Shown here: one piece after another, positions 35,608 through 48,060 of the stretch | How positions within the stretch are numbered: the stretch's first letter is position 1 | How the letters are laid out: each line of letters opens with the position of its first letter | NCBI RefSeq assembly: GCF_048593235.1 | Contig: NC_133621.1 | Span: 299,345,146-299,409,145 of the forward strand | Direction: 5' to 3' | Source of the DNA: Sminthopsis crassicaudata | Taxonomy: Eukaryota | DNA: 64,000 nucleotides | Position numbers and translations under genes: made by a program | Notes under the pieces: model-generated | Told to the model about the DNA's origin: nothing | Databases searched by the model: none | What the model saw: the letters and a program-made list of their open reading frames with translations, nothing else

Positions 35608-35669
35608 ATGCAGTCTTCCTGATTCTGTATAAGGAGCTCTATTACAGACACATCTACGCCAAAGTCAGT
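35608..35669 (+). CDS. EIF3L: EIF3L exon 5: DAVFLILYKELYYRHIYAKVS
   Basis: 62 nt; gtgagt donor. Confidence 0.96.
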
Positions 35670-36135
35670 GTGAGTATCTGCCTTGGGCCGCTTCCTGTCC
35701 CCACGAGTCCTGCCGCAAACCACTTTGGTTTCTGTGGCAGCAGCCACGGCTCCCCCTTCCCCTTGATCTTGGCACTTGCTGTTGGCCTGTTTAAGCCTGA
35801 GGGCTAGCTGGTGTTTTCTGACCCAAATCAGAAGTGATAACTGGCTTAGTCGGGGCAGGGAGGAGGATCATCTGATTGTTGGCAGAATTCTCTCCGAAGT
35901 CCCCTGGACCTTGGGTTTGGCCGTCCCCATTTCCTACCTCCGCTGATTTGCTCGTTCTGGACTCCGCCAATGGCGGCCTCCTTCCTCCCTGGGGAGATGA
36001 AGGGTCTTCTCACTCTGGATTGGGTGCTAGTCATGAGCTTTTTCTCCCATGAATCCCTTACACACCACCCCTTGGCAGTGAATTGTGGGGTCGAACGGAG
36101 AAATTAAGTTTGGAATCCTTGTGTTATTTTTCCAG

Positions 36136-36205
36136 GGTGGGCCTTCCTTGGAACAGAGATTTGAATCCTACTACAACTACTGCAACCTCTTCAACTACAT
36201 TCTCA
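36136..36205 (+). CDS. EIF3L: EIF3L exon 6: GGPSLEQRFESYYNYCNLFNYIL
   Basis: 70 nt; canonical splice sites. Confidence 0.96.
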
Positions 36206-36427
36206 GTGAGTCTGGGACCTCCTAGATGACTCTGGAAGAGTGGCATCTGGCTTTTCCATCAAGTCCTTACATATGGTGGGGGTCGGGGAGGGGATAGGGG
36301 CTGGAGTTAACTTCTCATCAGTTTTATGGTGATGATCGGTTCTGTACTGTGTGAGCCCCTCAGCCTTGGAGTGCAGGAGGTCAGTGCCTGATCTTCCTCC
36401 ATTTAAACTGCTGTCTGCTGTCCACAG

Positions 36428-36501
36428 ATGCCGACGGGCCTGCCCCCCTTGAGTTGCCCAACCAGTGGCTGTGGGATATCATCGATGAATTCATCTACCA
36501 G
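36428..36501 (+). CDS. EIF3L: EIF3L exon 7: NADGPAPLELPNQWLWDIIDEFIYQ
   Basis: 74 nt; canonical splice sites. Confidence 0.96.
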
Positions 36502-37224
36502 GTATCCTACCCATGGAGGCTGGCCCCGCTCTGCCCTGGGCTCCATGCCTGTCGGTGTCTCTTTGGGGCAGCCAGGGCATGAGGAGCGTCATCTCGGCCC
36601 TTCTGCCAAGTGTAACCAGGAGGTGGAGGAGCATTCTGAAACGACTAGTTGGGGCAGCTATGGGGGACAACTGTCACATGGACATCTTACCTCTGTGGTG
36701 ATATCCTGTCCTGGTTTTCCAGCTGAGGAAACTGAGGCTCACCAAGGTTGCCCCAGAGATATGCAGTTAATCAGCAAAGAGGCGGGGGTTCCAACTGGCT
36801 GGGATTTCCAGCTTGTGATGTGATTGATGAGGTCCTGTTTGGGGGTGAGGAAAGTGGACACAGCTGTGAGCCTTTTGAGGTTGATCACAGTGAGCCCAGG
36901 CCAGCAGGCAAAAGCCCTCAGAATTAGAAGCTTCGAGGGCCTGCCTCAGACACATGGGGAAACGGATGCTCAGGGCAGGGAAATAACTTCGTTGATATCA
37001 GATAATCTAGAGAGCTGGCGCACAAACCAGGCTTTCTCCCAGGAGGTCCCACATCCCATCTGTTCCTCACCCCTTGTCCTCCGGGAAGCTGGACTGCAGA
37101 GCTGTGGGACATTGTGACCAATATTTACTCTTAGGATTTAGAGCAACTGAGTAGGACCTTCAAGACCCTTTTCTAGTACAACCCGCTTATTTTATTTTTC
37201 TCTATTTTAAAGAGAAGAGAACCA

Positions 37225-37452
37225 GCCTAGAGAGACTTGATGACCTCCTTACAGTAGCTGAGTAGGAATCACATCCCAATAGCTGCTTGTCAGTGCAGGC
37301 TGCCACACACTGAACTATGGTCAAGGGACCGTCCAAGTGAACTGAAGGGACCCTTGAAGCATAGACAGTGACCAATCCTTTCCCTGTGTTCCAAATGTCA
37401 CTCAGGCAGCAATGCGTCTTCTAATTGGACAATTTAAATTTATCACCTTCAT
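37225..37452 (+). repeat. Inverted-repeat arm A (EIF3L intron 7)
   Basis: Reverse complement of 38908-39132, ~88% identity by eye. Confidence 0.93.
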
Positions 37453-38138
37453 CCAGAAGGAAACAGACAGGGCAGGAGGACAGGGTCTCGGAGGGGCATC
37501 TTGCTCCATGTCCTTGGGGGCTGTTGGCCCCAGTTCCCACTTTCTTCACTTGTATTCCTTCCTTTGGCTGGCACAAATACTCTTTTTGCCAGATGTCATC
37601 CTGGTTGCAAATTCAATTGGCTTATTGGTCTATGGGATTGTAAGAGGATCAGCCACATTTATCCTTCTTAGAACCGTGAGCTTGGGTTTATCTAGCAACT
37701 TTCTCTTAGAGAGCTGAAGCTCCTTTATCTGTCTAAGACAATGTGAAGCTCCTTTAGTGACAGACACAAGCTTGCTGATGTGCCTTTGATGCTTTGATTC
37801 TGGTGCTTTTTCATGGGATCCGTGTGTTCCATGAGCTTAAGAAACTTTATCAAAGTGCCTTCTTGTTGGACACTTACAAAATATTCAGTGGTGAGCTCTC
37901 ACTTTTTCTTGACTCAAAAATGCATTTTTTTTGAGTTTACAGAGATGAATGCAGGTTAGCCCTCTGGGAAAGAGGCCTTGGGTAGAAAATCGTGGCAGCA
38001 GCTAATGGAGAAGGCCCTGAAGGCCACATGCCTTTTGACCTGCCCTCCAAAAGCACAGAGACACTTCATGTGGTGGGTCAGTCACGCTCCTCAGAGCCTC
38101 TCCAGTGACTCCTGCTCTCTTTTTTCCCTCTTCTGCAG

Positions 38139-38310
38139 TTTCAGTCTTTCAGCCAATACCGATGCAAGACAGCCAAGAAGTCAGAAGAAGAGATCGACTT
38201 TCTTCGTTCCAACCCCAAGATCTGGAACGTCCACAGTGTCCTGAATGTGCTTCACTCCCTGGTAGACAAATCCAACATCAATCGGCAGCTAGAAGTCTAC
38301 ACGAGCGGAG
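38139..38310 (+). CDS. EIF3L: EIF3L exon 8: FQSFSQYRCK...LEVYTSG
   Basis: 172 nt; canonical splice sites. Confidence 0.97.
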
Positions 38311-38907
38311 GTGAGGGGAGGCCCGTCCTCGGGAGCCTCTGAGGTTCCTCACACCCCGTAATCGTGGTGCTCCTGGATGGATGTGGGGACAGAGGCTTGT
38401 GGGGTTCCCCATCACCTTTGTGTGAGCCAGGTCTGACGCTCAGGCTTCCTGGGCTGTCCTCAGGGCTGCCGTGCCTGCTTAGGGTGTCTCCTTGAAGAAT
38501 GCACCCCTGGGTCTCTTTCCTGAGCCAGAGGGAAGGGCAGGTACCCAAAATGGGTCTGGCTGACGCACTGCAGGTGTGGTGGGTGGGAGGAGGTTGCTAG
38601 AGGGAGGCACCCTTCCTGTGTCTCAGGATACGTTGTCTTTGGGGGGGCCTGGCTCCCAGACAGTCCTGGACCCTCGGCCCCTAGCCTTGAGTCTTTGTTG
38701 CTAACCCTGTGGTGTCGGACTCAGGTCCTACCAGGCCATGTAATAATCTAGAGAGTAACAAGTTAACATTTGCTTTGTCAGACATTTCCCAATTATACTT
38801 TAATTGGATTCTGAGGGGGGTTAGAGGGAGCAGGTTTGATGCTCCTCAGGGGCCTACCTTGCCTTGGCCCTCCGAGATCCTGTCCTCATGCATTGTCTGT
38901 TTCTAAA

Positions 38908-39132
38908 ATGAAGTGGATAGATTTAAATTGTCCAATTAGAAGATGGATTGCTGCCTGAGTGATATTTGAAGCAGAAGGAAATGACTGGTCACTGTCTATG
39001 CTTCAAGGGTCCCTTGGGTTCACTTGGACGGTCCCTTGACCATGGTTCAGTGTGGGGCGGCCTGCGCTGACAAGCAGCTGTTGGGATGTGATTCCTACTC
39101 AGCCACTGTCAGGAGGTTGAGTCTCTCTAGGC
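38908..39132 (-). repeat. Inverted-repeat arm B (EIF3L intron 8)
   Basis: Reverse complement of 37225-37452. Confidence 0.93.
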
Positions 39133-39187
39133 CTTTGGCTCCCATGCCCGGTATGGAGGTGCTAAATGTGAGTCTCTCCCCTGCCAG

Positions 39188-39342
39188 GTGACCCCGAGAG
39201 TGTGGCTGGGGAATATGGCCGGCACTCTCTCTACAAGATGCTCGGCTACTTCAGCCTGGTGGGGCTGCTCCGGCTGCACTCCCTCTTGGGGGATTACTAC
39301 CAGGCCATCAAGGTGCTCGAGAACATCGAGCTCAACAAGAAG
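39188..39342 (+). CDS. EIF3L: EIF3L exon 9: [11 protein letters not shown]...IELNKK
   Basis: 155 nt; canonical splice sites. Confidence 0.97.
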
Positions 39343-40022
39343 GTGAGGGGGAGGGGCGGGTGAAGAATGGCAAGGGAGCGCCCTCAGGGGCCTCCTGGGA
39401 CTTGTTGAATTTGTCCCCCTTTATTCTTTCTTAAAGAGACTTTCTTAAAGTCTTGGTGTTTTAAGCTTTAGTAGTTTTTCTGTTAGTGAATTTAGCAGCT
39501 ACTTTTTTTAAAAAATCATTATTAAGCATAGATTTTGGGGACCTCCCATACCTTCCTCCAAGGGTCTCAGTGAGGAATTATTCATTTTCCCAACCAGAAT
39601 TTCACGTAGTGGTAGAAGCAGTTGGTGGTGATTGTTGGGCAATTTATGGACAGTTCAGACTCTCCTTTGCTTCCCCCAACTCTGAAGTAGGTGAGCAAAG
39701 GCCTTGCTGTCCCCATAGTGCAGGTGCGCAGGCAGGCCGAGCTAGTGGGGACCCAGCCCCTGATTCAGGCCAGTTGTCCCCATCATGTTGGCCGGGGGCC
39801 ACCTGTGCCAGACTCCTGGGTCAAAGCGAAGCATGTTTGGAAAGGCCATTGGGCAGTGAGTCACAGCCTGTGAACACCAGGGAGGGCTTGTGTAGCATGG
39901 GAGCTTCCCCTGTCAGGAGAAAAGCAGCTCTGGCCCCTCTCACCCCGGCAGGGAACCATGCTTGGCTGGGGGAGCAGAGCCTGCTAGGCCGAGGTCACTC
40001 ACGGCTGCCGGTCCATTTCCAG

Positions 40023-40193
40023 AGCATGTATTCCCGGGTGCCTGAGTGCCAGGTCACTACCTATTACTACGTGGGCTTTGCCTATTTGATGATGCGGCGA
40101 TACCAGGATGCCATCCGTGTCTTTGCCAACATCCTGCTCTACATCCAGAGGACCAAGAGCATGTTCCAGAGGACAACGTACAAGTACGAGATG
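40023..40193 (+). CDS. EIF3L: EIF3L exon 10: SMYSRVPECQ...TTYKYEM
   Basis: 171 nt; phase 0/0. Confidence 0.97.
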
Positions 40194-40282
40194 GTGAGCA
40201 GGGGCGGCCCTTCTGTGTCCCCCGAAGGGTGGGTCTGCCCCCTGAGCCTTACTGAAGCTTCTCTCGCCTTCCCCGCCCCCAG

Positions 40283-40780
40283 ATCAACAAGCAGAATGAG
40301 CAGATGCACGCCCTGCTGGCCATTGCCCTGACCATGTACCCCATGCGCATCGACGAGAGCATCCACCTGCAGCTGCGGGAAAAGTACGGAGACAAGATGC
40401 TGCGCATGCAGAAAGGGGACCCCCAGGTGTATGAGGAGCTCTTCAGCTACTCCTGCCCCAAGTTCCTGTCCCCCGTGGTGCCCAACTACGACAACGTGCA
40501 CCCCAACTACCACAAGGAGCCCTTCCTGCAGCAGCTCAAGGTGTTTGCGGATGAGGTGCAACAGCAGGCTCAGCTCTCCACCATCCGCAGCTTCCTGAAG
40601 CTCTACACCACCATGCCCGTGGCCAAGCTGGCTGGCTTCCTGGACCTCACCGAGCAGGAGTTCCGCATCCAGCTCTTGGTCTTCAAGCACAAGATGAAGA
40701 ACCTGGTGTGGACCAGTGGCATCTCAGCTCTGGATGGGGAGTTCCAGTCGGCCTCAGAGGTGGACTTCTACATCGACAAG
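40283..40780 (+). CDS. EIF3L: EIF3L exon 11 (PCI domain): INKQNEQ...VDFYIDK
   Basis: 498 nt, after an 89-nt intron. Confidence 0.97.
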
Positions 40781-41420
40781 GTAGGGCCCAGGGCAGCGGC
40801 AATGCTCTGGACGTGCCGGCTCCTGGAGTTTTCCTGGGGGTGGTCCCCAAGTGACATTGGAGGCAGCTCATGCAATGGAGGGGCTCACTCAGGGACCGCC
40901 ACCACTGCTCTCTGCCCTGCTGTGAGCTGCCATGCCTGGAGGGAGGGCCCCTGGGGGGGGGGGGTCTCTGTTCCAGGAAGTAAACAACCCAGAGATGGGC
41001 TATAATGGGGAGGGGGAGAGAGGTGCCCCCTCAGGGTCTTGGAGTGTGGAAGAAGGTGCACAGTTCGGAGGAGGGAGACTGTTCCACCCCTTCCCATCTG
41101 AGGCTGGATAATCTAGGGGAGGCTCCTTCGGTCTCTGATTCTGCAAACAGGAGCCTAAAGCTTGGGGGGGCCTCTTCAGCTCGCCTCTTCCTCAGCCCCT
41201 GTATTGTTGATGTCCCAACAACCCAAGGCTCAGTGCCTGTTGCAGAATGAACTTGGTCACTGAGCCCTGGACCATCGTGGGAGGCCCTCAGGGGCTCAGG
41301 GAGGTCATGCTGGCCCCAGCTGCTGGGCTGGGGACAGAGTTGGGGCCCCCAGGGCCAAGACCCAGGAGTACCAGGCTCTGGCTCTGCCCTGCCCCCACAC
41401 CTCTCTCACTGCCCCCACAG

Positions 41421-41501
41421 GACATGATCCACATCGCCGATACCAAGGTGGCCCGTCGCTATGGAGACTTTTTCATCCGACAGATCCATAAATTTGAGGA
41501 G
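41421..41501 (+). CDS. EIF3L: EIF3L exon 12: [27 protein letters not shown]
   Basis: 81 nt; canonical splice sites. Confidence 0.97.
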
Positions 41502-41651
41502 GTGAGAGACCTGGGGGGAAGCAGCACAGCCCACTTGGACAGCCCTGGGAGTGCTCACGGGCACTGGGGGGTGGCTCCCTCCCCGGTCTAGAGGGAGGGC
41601 CTGGGGTCTGAGGGTGTGCAGGTGCCTCCAACCTTGTCTTCTCTCCTCCAG

Positions 41652-41690
41652 CTCAATCGAACCCTAAAGAAGATGGGCCAGAGACCCTGA
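41652..41690 (+). CDS. EIF3L: EIF3L exon 13: LNRTLKKMGQRP*
   Basis: TGA at 41688-41690; exons sum to 1695 nt (564 aa + stop), the recalled human length. Confidence 0.97.
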   Translation, partial: LNRTLKKMGQRP

Positions 41691-41830
41691 GGGTGCCCCG
41701 TCTTTCGCCACATTTATCCAGAATTCCTGTGGATGCTGACGTCTCAGGGACAGAACATGCTCTTCATCTTGTCGTGTTCTTGCCTTTTGATCCAGACCAG
41801 CAGGCCTTCCTTGCTGGAGTCGAACATTTA

Positions 41831-41836
41831 AATAAA
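41831..41836 (+). terminator. EIF3L poly(A) signal AATAAA
   Basis: Canonical hexamer ~140 nt after the stop codon. Confidence 0.8.
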
Positions 41837-44829
41837 TCCCAGGAAGATAGATAGCCTCCTCTTGGAGTGAGATTTATTTACGATCCCCTTCCTTGGCCCT
41901 GTCTCCCGGGGAGGACACTCAGTCTGAGGGGACTCTTCAGTTGGGTCCACTCTCCAAGGCTCTGCCCATCTGAGCCTAACACCACCTTCAGGACCTTGTG
42001 TGGGGTGAGCAGTGCCAGGGCGTTGGCAGCCAGGGATCTCCAGAAGTCAGCAGGCACCCAGAGGAGCCGGCACATGGAGATGATTGCCTGGGGCCTGTAG
42101 GCAGCGAGCTACTTGCTCCTTGGGATCATCCTGGTCAGCAGCCATGGTTCTGAAGCCAGGCCCCAGACCTCGTTCCCCACCTCCTCAGGTCCTACAGTTT
42201 AGTCTTCCCTGTTGGGGGTCATTCCATCGTGTCAGGGTGACCTGGGCCTTGCTGGCGTGCTCAGTCGGTCACCTTGTACCCCTGAAGCTGATGAGGTTGG
42301 AACCTCTCCCTGGCATGTGTAAAGTGGCAGGCAGCACGCTGATATTGGGCCCGAGCAGAGCACTAATAATACTTGGCTCACAGGATGCCCCAGGGACCCC
42401 TTTAGCACCCAGGAAATGTCCCTCAAAGTCCTGCTGGCAGGTGTTGTCTCAGACCCCTTTTTGCCTGTTTATGTAACGGCATGTTTCTGAAGGACAGGCC
42501 AGGGAAGTTCTACCCCACGCAGCTGCAGACAGGACCTGGGTTTTTCCCCCTTGGGTTTGGGCCAGGCCACCCCGGGAACCCCAGCCGCTGTCCTGGAAGG
42601 TCTGGGCATTGGTTTGGCTCTGGGCTTCTGGCTCTCAGAGTCCAGCTGTGTTCTCCAGACACCAGAGAGGCACCCCCCTACACACACCGGTCACATGACC
42701 TCAAGCCTCACCCTTCATTTCTGGGGTGCTTGAAGGCTTACTATGAGGTGGGGAAGGTTTCCCACTTTGCAGAATATAAAAGTGAGATTTGAAGAAGGGA
42801 ATGCTCTGTGGCCCAGCAGCTCAGATTGGCACCCAGGACTCCAGATGCCGGGGCCGAGGATGCTTTTGGAGTCTGAGTTCTTCCTTTTACCAACAAAGAC
42901 CAGGCTCAGGCGTGGGCTGAGGTGCTTGGCCAGGGGTCTACAGCTCAAGAGTCTCCCCAACCCAATCAGGCGCCTTACAACCATGTCATGTCACAAGAGC
43001 GTACAAATGTCAGCTGGCCTTAACACTAATTTATTAAAGTCACCTCACTTATCCAACTGCATCTACCCGGGCCTGGCCACCAAACATTTTGGGGAGCAAA
43101 GAATTGAGCATTTGCTGAGCACCTGGGGAGGTCAGTTCCATTTTACAGTGGGGGAAACTGAGGTAGACAGCAGTTAAATTACCAACCCACGGTCACACAG
43201 CCCAGATGTTTTTAAGGTGGAATTTGGCATTGGGCTTTCCTGACTTTAGGCCCTGCATGTTCCTGGTGTACCCCACAGCTGGAAACCCCCATGGCATCTG
43301 GTGCCCCCTAATTCCTACAAAAATTGTGCTGGGACAACAGAATTTGCAGATGAGATCTCTTTTCACCCAGAAAAGTAGCTTTGGCCCATTTGCGTTCTCA
43401 GCCTTCCTCTGTAGAAGACCAGTGGCAGTGCCCGGGCTGCGGGGGATTGTGCCCAGAGGGCTGGGCCTGGGGCCAGCTGCCAGAGGCCTGGGAAAGGTTC
43501 CTTGGCACTGCCTTGTGTCGGAGGGGGCAGGCTCTGCTCAACTCCGCCTGGCACAGGCTGGAGAAGGCTGGGCACCGAGCCTGTCCCGCAGGGAGCAGGG
43601 ATATTGCAGTCCTCCTGCCAGGGACAGCCCCCATTATGTTTGTAGGGGCAGGAAGCAGGCTGGAGACTTGGCCCAGTTGTGGGCACCCGAGGCAAGCCAG
43701 GAGATATCAGAAGCAGGGATGATTCAGGACTTCTAGTCTCTGAGGGTGGCAGGAGCTGGGCAGCTGGGTTAGGCCCAGGCCCCAGCCCGCCTCAGGGACA
43801 GGGTCCAGATGCACAGGGCCTGGCGCCTCCCCCTGCCGGGCCCTGTCTGGTGTGCAGAGGGGTCGGGGAGAACCCCCATTGAGGAAGCACCCCCGAGTGC
43901 CACAGTGCTTTTCCCATAAACGCCCCGCTTTCCAGGGGAGGAAGCTGCTGGTGGGCTGGGGCAATGAGGACAGGCTGACCAGCGAGCCTTACTTAAGCCT
44001 ACAGGAGAGCAGGGGGCTGATGTCCCGGAAGATCAAGGCCGAAGCAGGGCTGGGGCCGCCCGGGGCTGCCTGCCAGAGCCCTGCGGTGACTGGCTGCGCG
44101 CGGGAGCCAGCATTTACCCTGAGAAATCAAAGGCCTCACCCACGGTGAGCCTTTGTGGGAGCTGAAGCCAAGAGGGGGCACTTTCCAGGACTGGGGGCAC
44201 GGTTTTTACCAAGACCTGGAGGTGGGAGATGGAAGGCAGAGCTAGGGCCAGTTTGGCAGGAATAAAACTGAGAAGAGGCAGAAAAACAACTCTGAATAGC
44301 TCCAGAGATCACTGAAGATCAAGCTGGGGTGGAAGGGTGGGCACTGAAACTCTCCAAGCTGGGGGGGGGGAGGAGGACGGAGCACAGGGGTCTCCGTTTC
44401 CTTTTTTGTGAAGTGGAAAGGCTGGATTAGAGGGTCTCTGAGGCCCTTCCAGCAAGACTCTGCTCTTTACAAGCCTCTGGAAGGTGAAGGGAGGTTCACT
44501 TCTGGTTGCCTCCTGCCTTTTGCCTTCACATCCCAGTGCTTAGCCCAGCACACAGTAGGCACTTAATAAATGCGTATTCACTGATTTACTCAGTAATCCT
44601 ATGCTCTGCTCTTTACAAACCCCTGGAAGGTGAAGGGAGGTTCACTTCCTGTTGTTTTGTCACCTGCTCTCTTCAAATGGAACGTTTCCTCCTCTCTGGT
44701 TCCACCTTCAAAACTCACCTGCCCCATCCCCTCACCATTCCGCCCCCAAATGTCCCTGCCCTGAGCTGAGTCACTGGCTTGCTCTCTGATCCCTCACCTG
44801 GAAGTGGGACACAGTATCTTTCCTAAGAT

Positions 44830-45660
44830 AAGTTTTGTTATTTTTCTTTAGAGATCATTTTTTTCCCCTCAATAATAGTTTCCCCACTTAATGTAAAGAT
44901 AGTTTTCCACAATTTTTTTAAGCTTTTGAATTCCAAATTTTTTCTCCCTCCCAGACAGCAGATACATTAAAAATGTGCAATTTTCTTAATCATATTTAGA
45001 CCATGTATAGACCAATTGTAGCCGTTTAACAAAAACTGGATTACTTGCTGTGGCAGAAAGGGAGAGAGGGAGAAAAATTTGGAATACAGGTTTTGCAAGA
45101 ATTAATGTTTAAAACTATCTGGGACCGCTAGGTGGCGCAGTGGATAGAGCACCAGCCCTGAATTCAGGAGGACCCGAGTTCAAATCTGATCTCAGACACT
45201 TAACACTTCCTAGCTGCGGGACCCTGGAGAAGTCACTTAACCCCAGCCTCAAAAAAAGAAAAAAAAATGTTTAAAACTATATTTGCCCGTATTTTGAAAG
45301 TAAAAAGCTATTATTAAAAAATTTTTCCATATTTGTCATGTTGTGCAAGGAAAATTAGAACGAAAGGGAAAAAAAACAAAGGATTAAAAAAACATTTCCA
45401 TATTTGTCATGTTGTGCAAGAAAAATCAAAACAAAAGGAAAAAAAAAACGAGGGAAAGAAATAGCAAACGAAAAAAAGTGAAAATAATGTTTCCTTTCAC
45501 ATTCAGTCTCCATAGTTCTTTCTCTGGACAGGGATTGGGATTTTCCATCCCAAGTCTATCGAGACTGTGTTGGGTCACTGGGTTGCAGAGAAGAGCTAAG
45601 TCTGCCACAGTTGATCCTCACACCCTCCTGCTGTTACTCTGTACCAGTTTAGAGATCACT
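44830..45660. mobile_element. L1 3'UTR fragments in both orientations, with a nested SINE at ~45120-45270
   Basis: Flanking AATGTTTAAAA(A)CTAT TSD-like duplication around the SINE. Confidence 0.75.
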
Positions 45661-46276
45661 ATCAGAGTCCAGCCACTGCCAGTTCAGCCTATTATTATTC
45701 TGTATAGATCCCTGATTAGGGGCTGGAGAGAGCCTAAGCAGGCCTCTTAGCCTGAGGAGGACTTTCCAGGAAGTTGCCAATCTTGGATGGGAATTTTAAA
45801 ATTACCTTTTCCCCCCCCACTAACCTCTGACTAGAATTTAGTGTTTCCTCGTTTTATGAATTATTTTTTATTTTTTTCAGGAGTTCTGGATACAGAAAAG
45901 AGCTGGGAAGGAAGGTCAGCCTCGAGGGGCGGGCCGAAGGTCCGGGCATAAAGCCAGCAGCTGCCCTGTGCTAGCTGCCTAACCTATCCCCGTGAGATTG
46001 CAGATGTGCCCCCTCCCTAGAAAAAGTCCGCCAGAATGTCCTCACTGTGCATGGCGGGTTGGGAAGGAGGAAAAAGTAAACCAACAGCTTGAGTTAGCTG
46101 AAAAATCATTGATATTGAAGCTGGAAGAGACTGTTTCCATTCTCATGTTCACCGGTTGTATGACCTTGGGCTTAATCTCAGTGGGTCTCAGTTTCCCTCA
46201 TAGGAGAATGAATAATATAAGGCCATAAAATACTTTCAAAGTTCGTGTTGTACAAATATAAGTGGCAATTGTTATT

Positions 46277-46417
46277 TTTTTTTTCCTGAGGCTGGGGTTA
46301 AGTGACTTGCCCAGGGTCACACAGCTAGGAAGTGTAAGTGTCTGAGACCACATTTGAACTCGGGTCCTCCTGAACTCAAGTCTGGTGCTCTATCCACTGT
46401 GCCACCCAGCTGCCCCA
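46277..46417 (-). mobile_element. WSINE1-like SINE with 12-bp TSD GCAATTGTTATT
   Basis: TSD at 46265-46276 and 46418-46429. Confidence 0.9.
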
Positions 46418-47754
46418 GCAATTGTTATTATTGTCAGTGAAATGGAGAGGATGGTACTAAACATCATGTCATGGCGGGGAGGGAGAATCCTTGCTGCGCC
46501 TGGAATCAGGACTTGGATTTCATTTGTGATTTCGCCATTGCCGGGGCAATGTAGATATCCATTTCCTTATAGGGTCAGAGTAGATAATCAGTTAATTAAT
46601 CAGTCAATAAGCATTTATTAAACACCGGTCTTGTGCCACTGTATGCCAGGAACACAGAGATAAAGGAAACTGGCTGCAGAGAAGGTTACATTTGTTGGGG
46701 AGGTGACCTCTAAATAGGAAGGAACTCGGTAGAGTTCCCTAGGGAGGGGACAAAGATTAGAGAGGAAAAGTGGGGAGGGGGTGGTCTGGTTTGGAGGAAT
46801 GGGGGCCAGATTTGGAGGCCCTGGATGCCAGGGATGAGAAGCTGAGGCCGAAAGGTGACAGGTGATGGCCAAGGTCACGAACCAGCCTTGAGGTAGAGCT
46901 CTCCACTGGCCAAGTAGATGGCTGACTTCATGGGTAGAAGCTCGCCCGTGTGCCAGGACAGCCGTGCCCTTCCTGGCAAACCTCCTGCCATGGTCTTAGA
47001 GGGATGGGGAAAGACATCTTTCAAAGGATTGGGTAGGATTGTTTGGGACGAACAAAAGAGAATAAAAGCATCATTTTTATTAAGGACTTAGGAAGAGCCA
47101 GTCCCTGTCCTAGGTGCTGGAGTTACAGATACAAGCCAACGTCTGCCCTCAGAGAGCTTGCATTCTACTGAGAGAGGGGAAAGAAGCCAGGCAGGGGATG
47201 GGGAATCCAGTTGTGAAGGAGGGGAAGCTGAGCTAGAGTCAATCACCAGAGCCGCTCCTAGGGGAAGGGTCCTTCAGGGAGAACATGCATCGGGGGAGGA
47301 GGAAGGCCTAGGATAAAGTCCCAGCTTTGCCATCTGTTCTGCATGGGGCAAGCCACTTGGCCACTGAAGCCCCAGTTTTGTCCTCTGAAAAATGACGGAG
47401 GGAACCTTGAGAGCTCCGGGGGGTGGGGAGGTAGGCAAAGATTCAGTTTCCTTGCCTCTCAAAGGCCTTGAATTAAAAAAATAAATGCACCCATTTCAAT
47501 GTGCTAAATTATTCCTCACTCTGACCAAGGGCCCTTCTTGAACACCTCGGCTTGTAACAGTTTCCTGTCCCGGCACGTTGATAAACCAAGAGCCACTGTC
47601 ACCTCAGCTGTCCTAGGGCCCCCAGTTTTGGCCCAGAGTCATTTTCTAAAGGAGGGGAAAGGGGCAGGGTTTCCTGGCCAAATCCCTAAAGATTTTCCCA
47701 GGAGGTTGGACAGGAATAACCACTCACAATTCCAGAGCACATGACAGTTTAGAG

Positions 47755-48060
47755 TATTTTTTTTTAATAATAGCTTTTTATTTTCAAAATATATGCAAAG
47801 ATAATTTTCAACATTCATCCCTGCAAAACCTCATATTCCAAATTTGTTTCCCACCCTTCCCTCCACCCCTGCTCCAGACAGTAAGTAATCCAATATAGGT
47901 TGAACATGTGTAATTCTTCTATATATATTTCCACATTTATCATGCTGCACATGAAAAATCAAAAAAGGAAAAAATGAGAAAGAAGGGGAATAAAAGCAAG
48001 CAAACAATAAAAAAGTGAAAATACTGTCTTGTGATCCCCGTTCAGTCTCCATGGTCTGGA
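47755..48060 (-). mobile_element. L1 3'UTR fragment
   Basis: Reverse complement of the L1 3'UTR motif set. Confidence 0.75.

Noticed and set aside
40139-40690. 183-aa minus-strand ORF
   Set aside because: Antisense shadow of GC3-rich EIF3L exons 10-11
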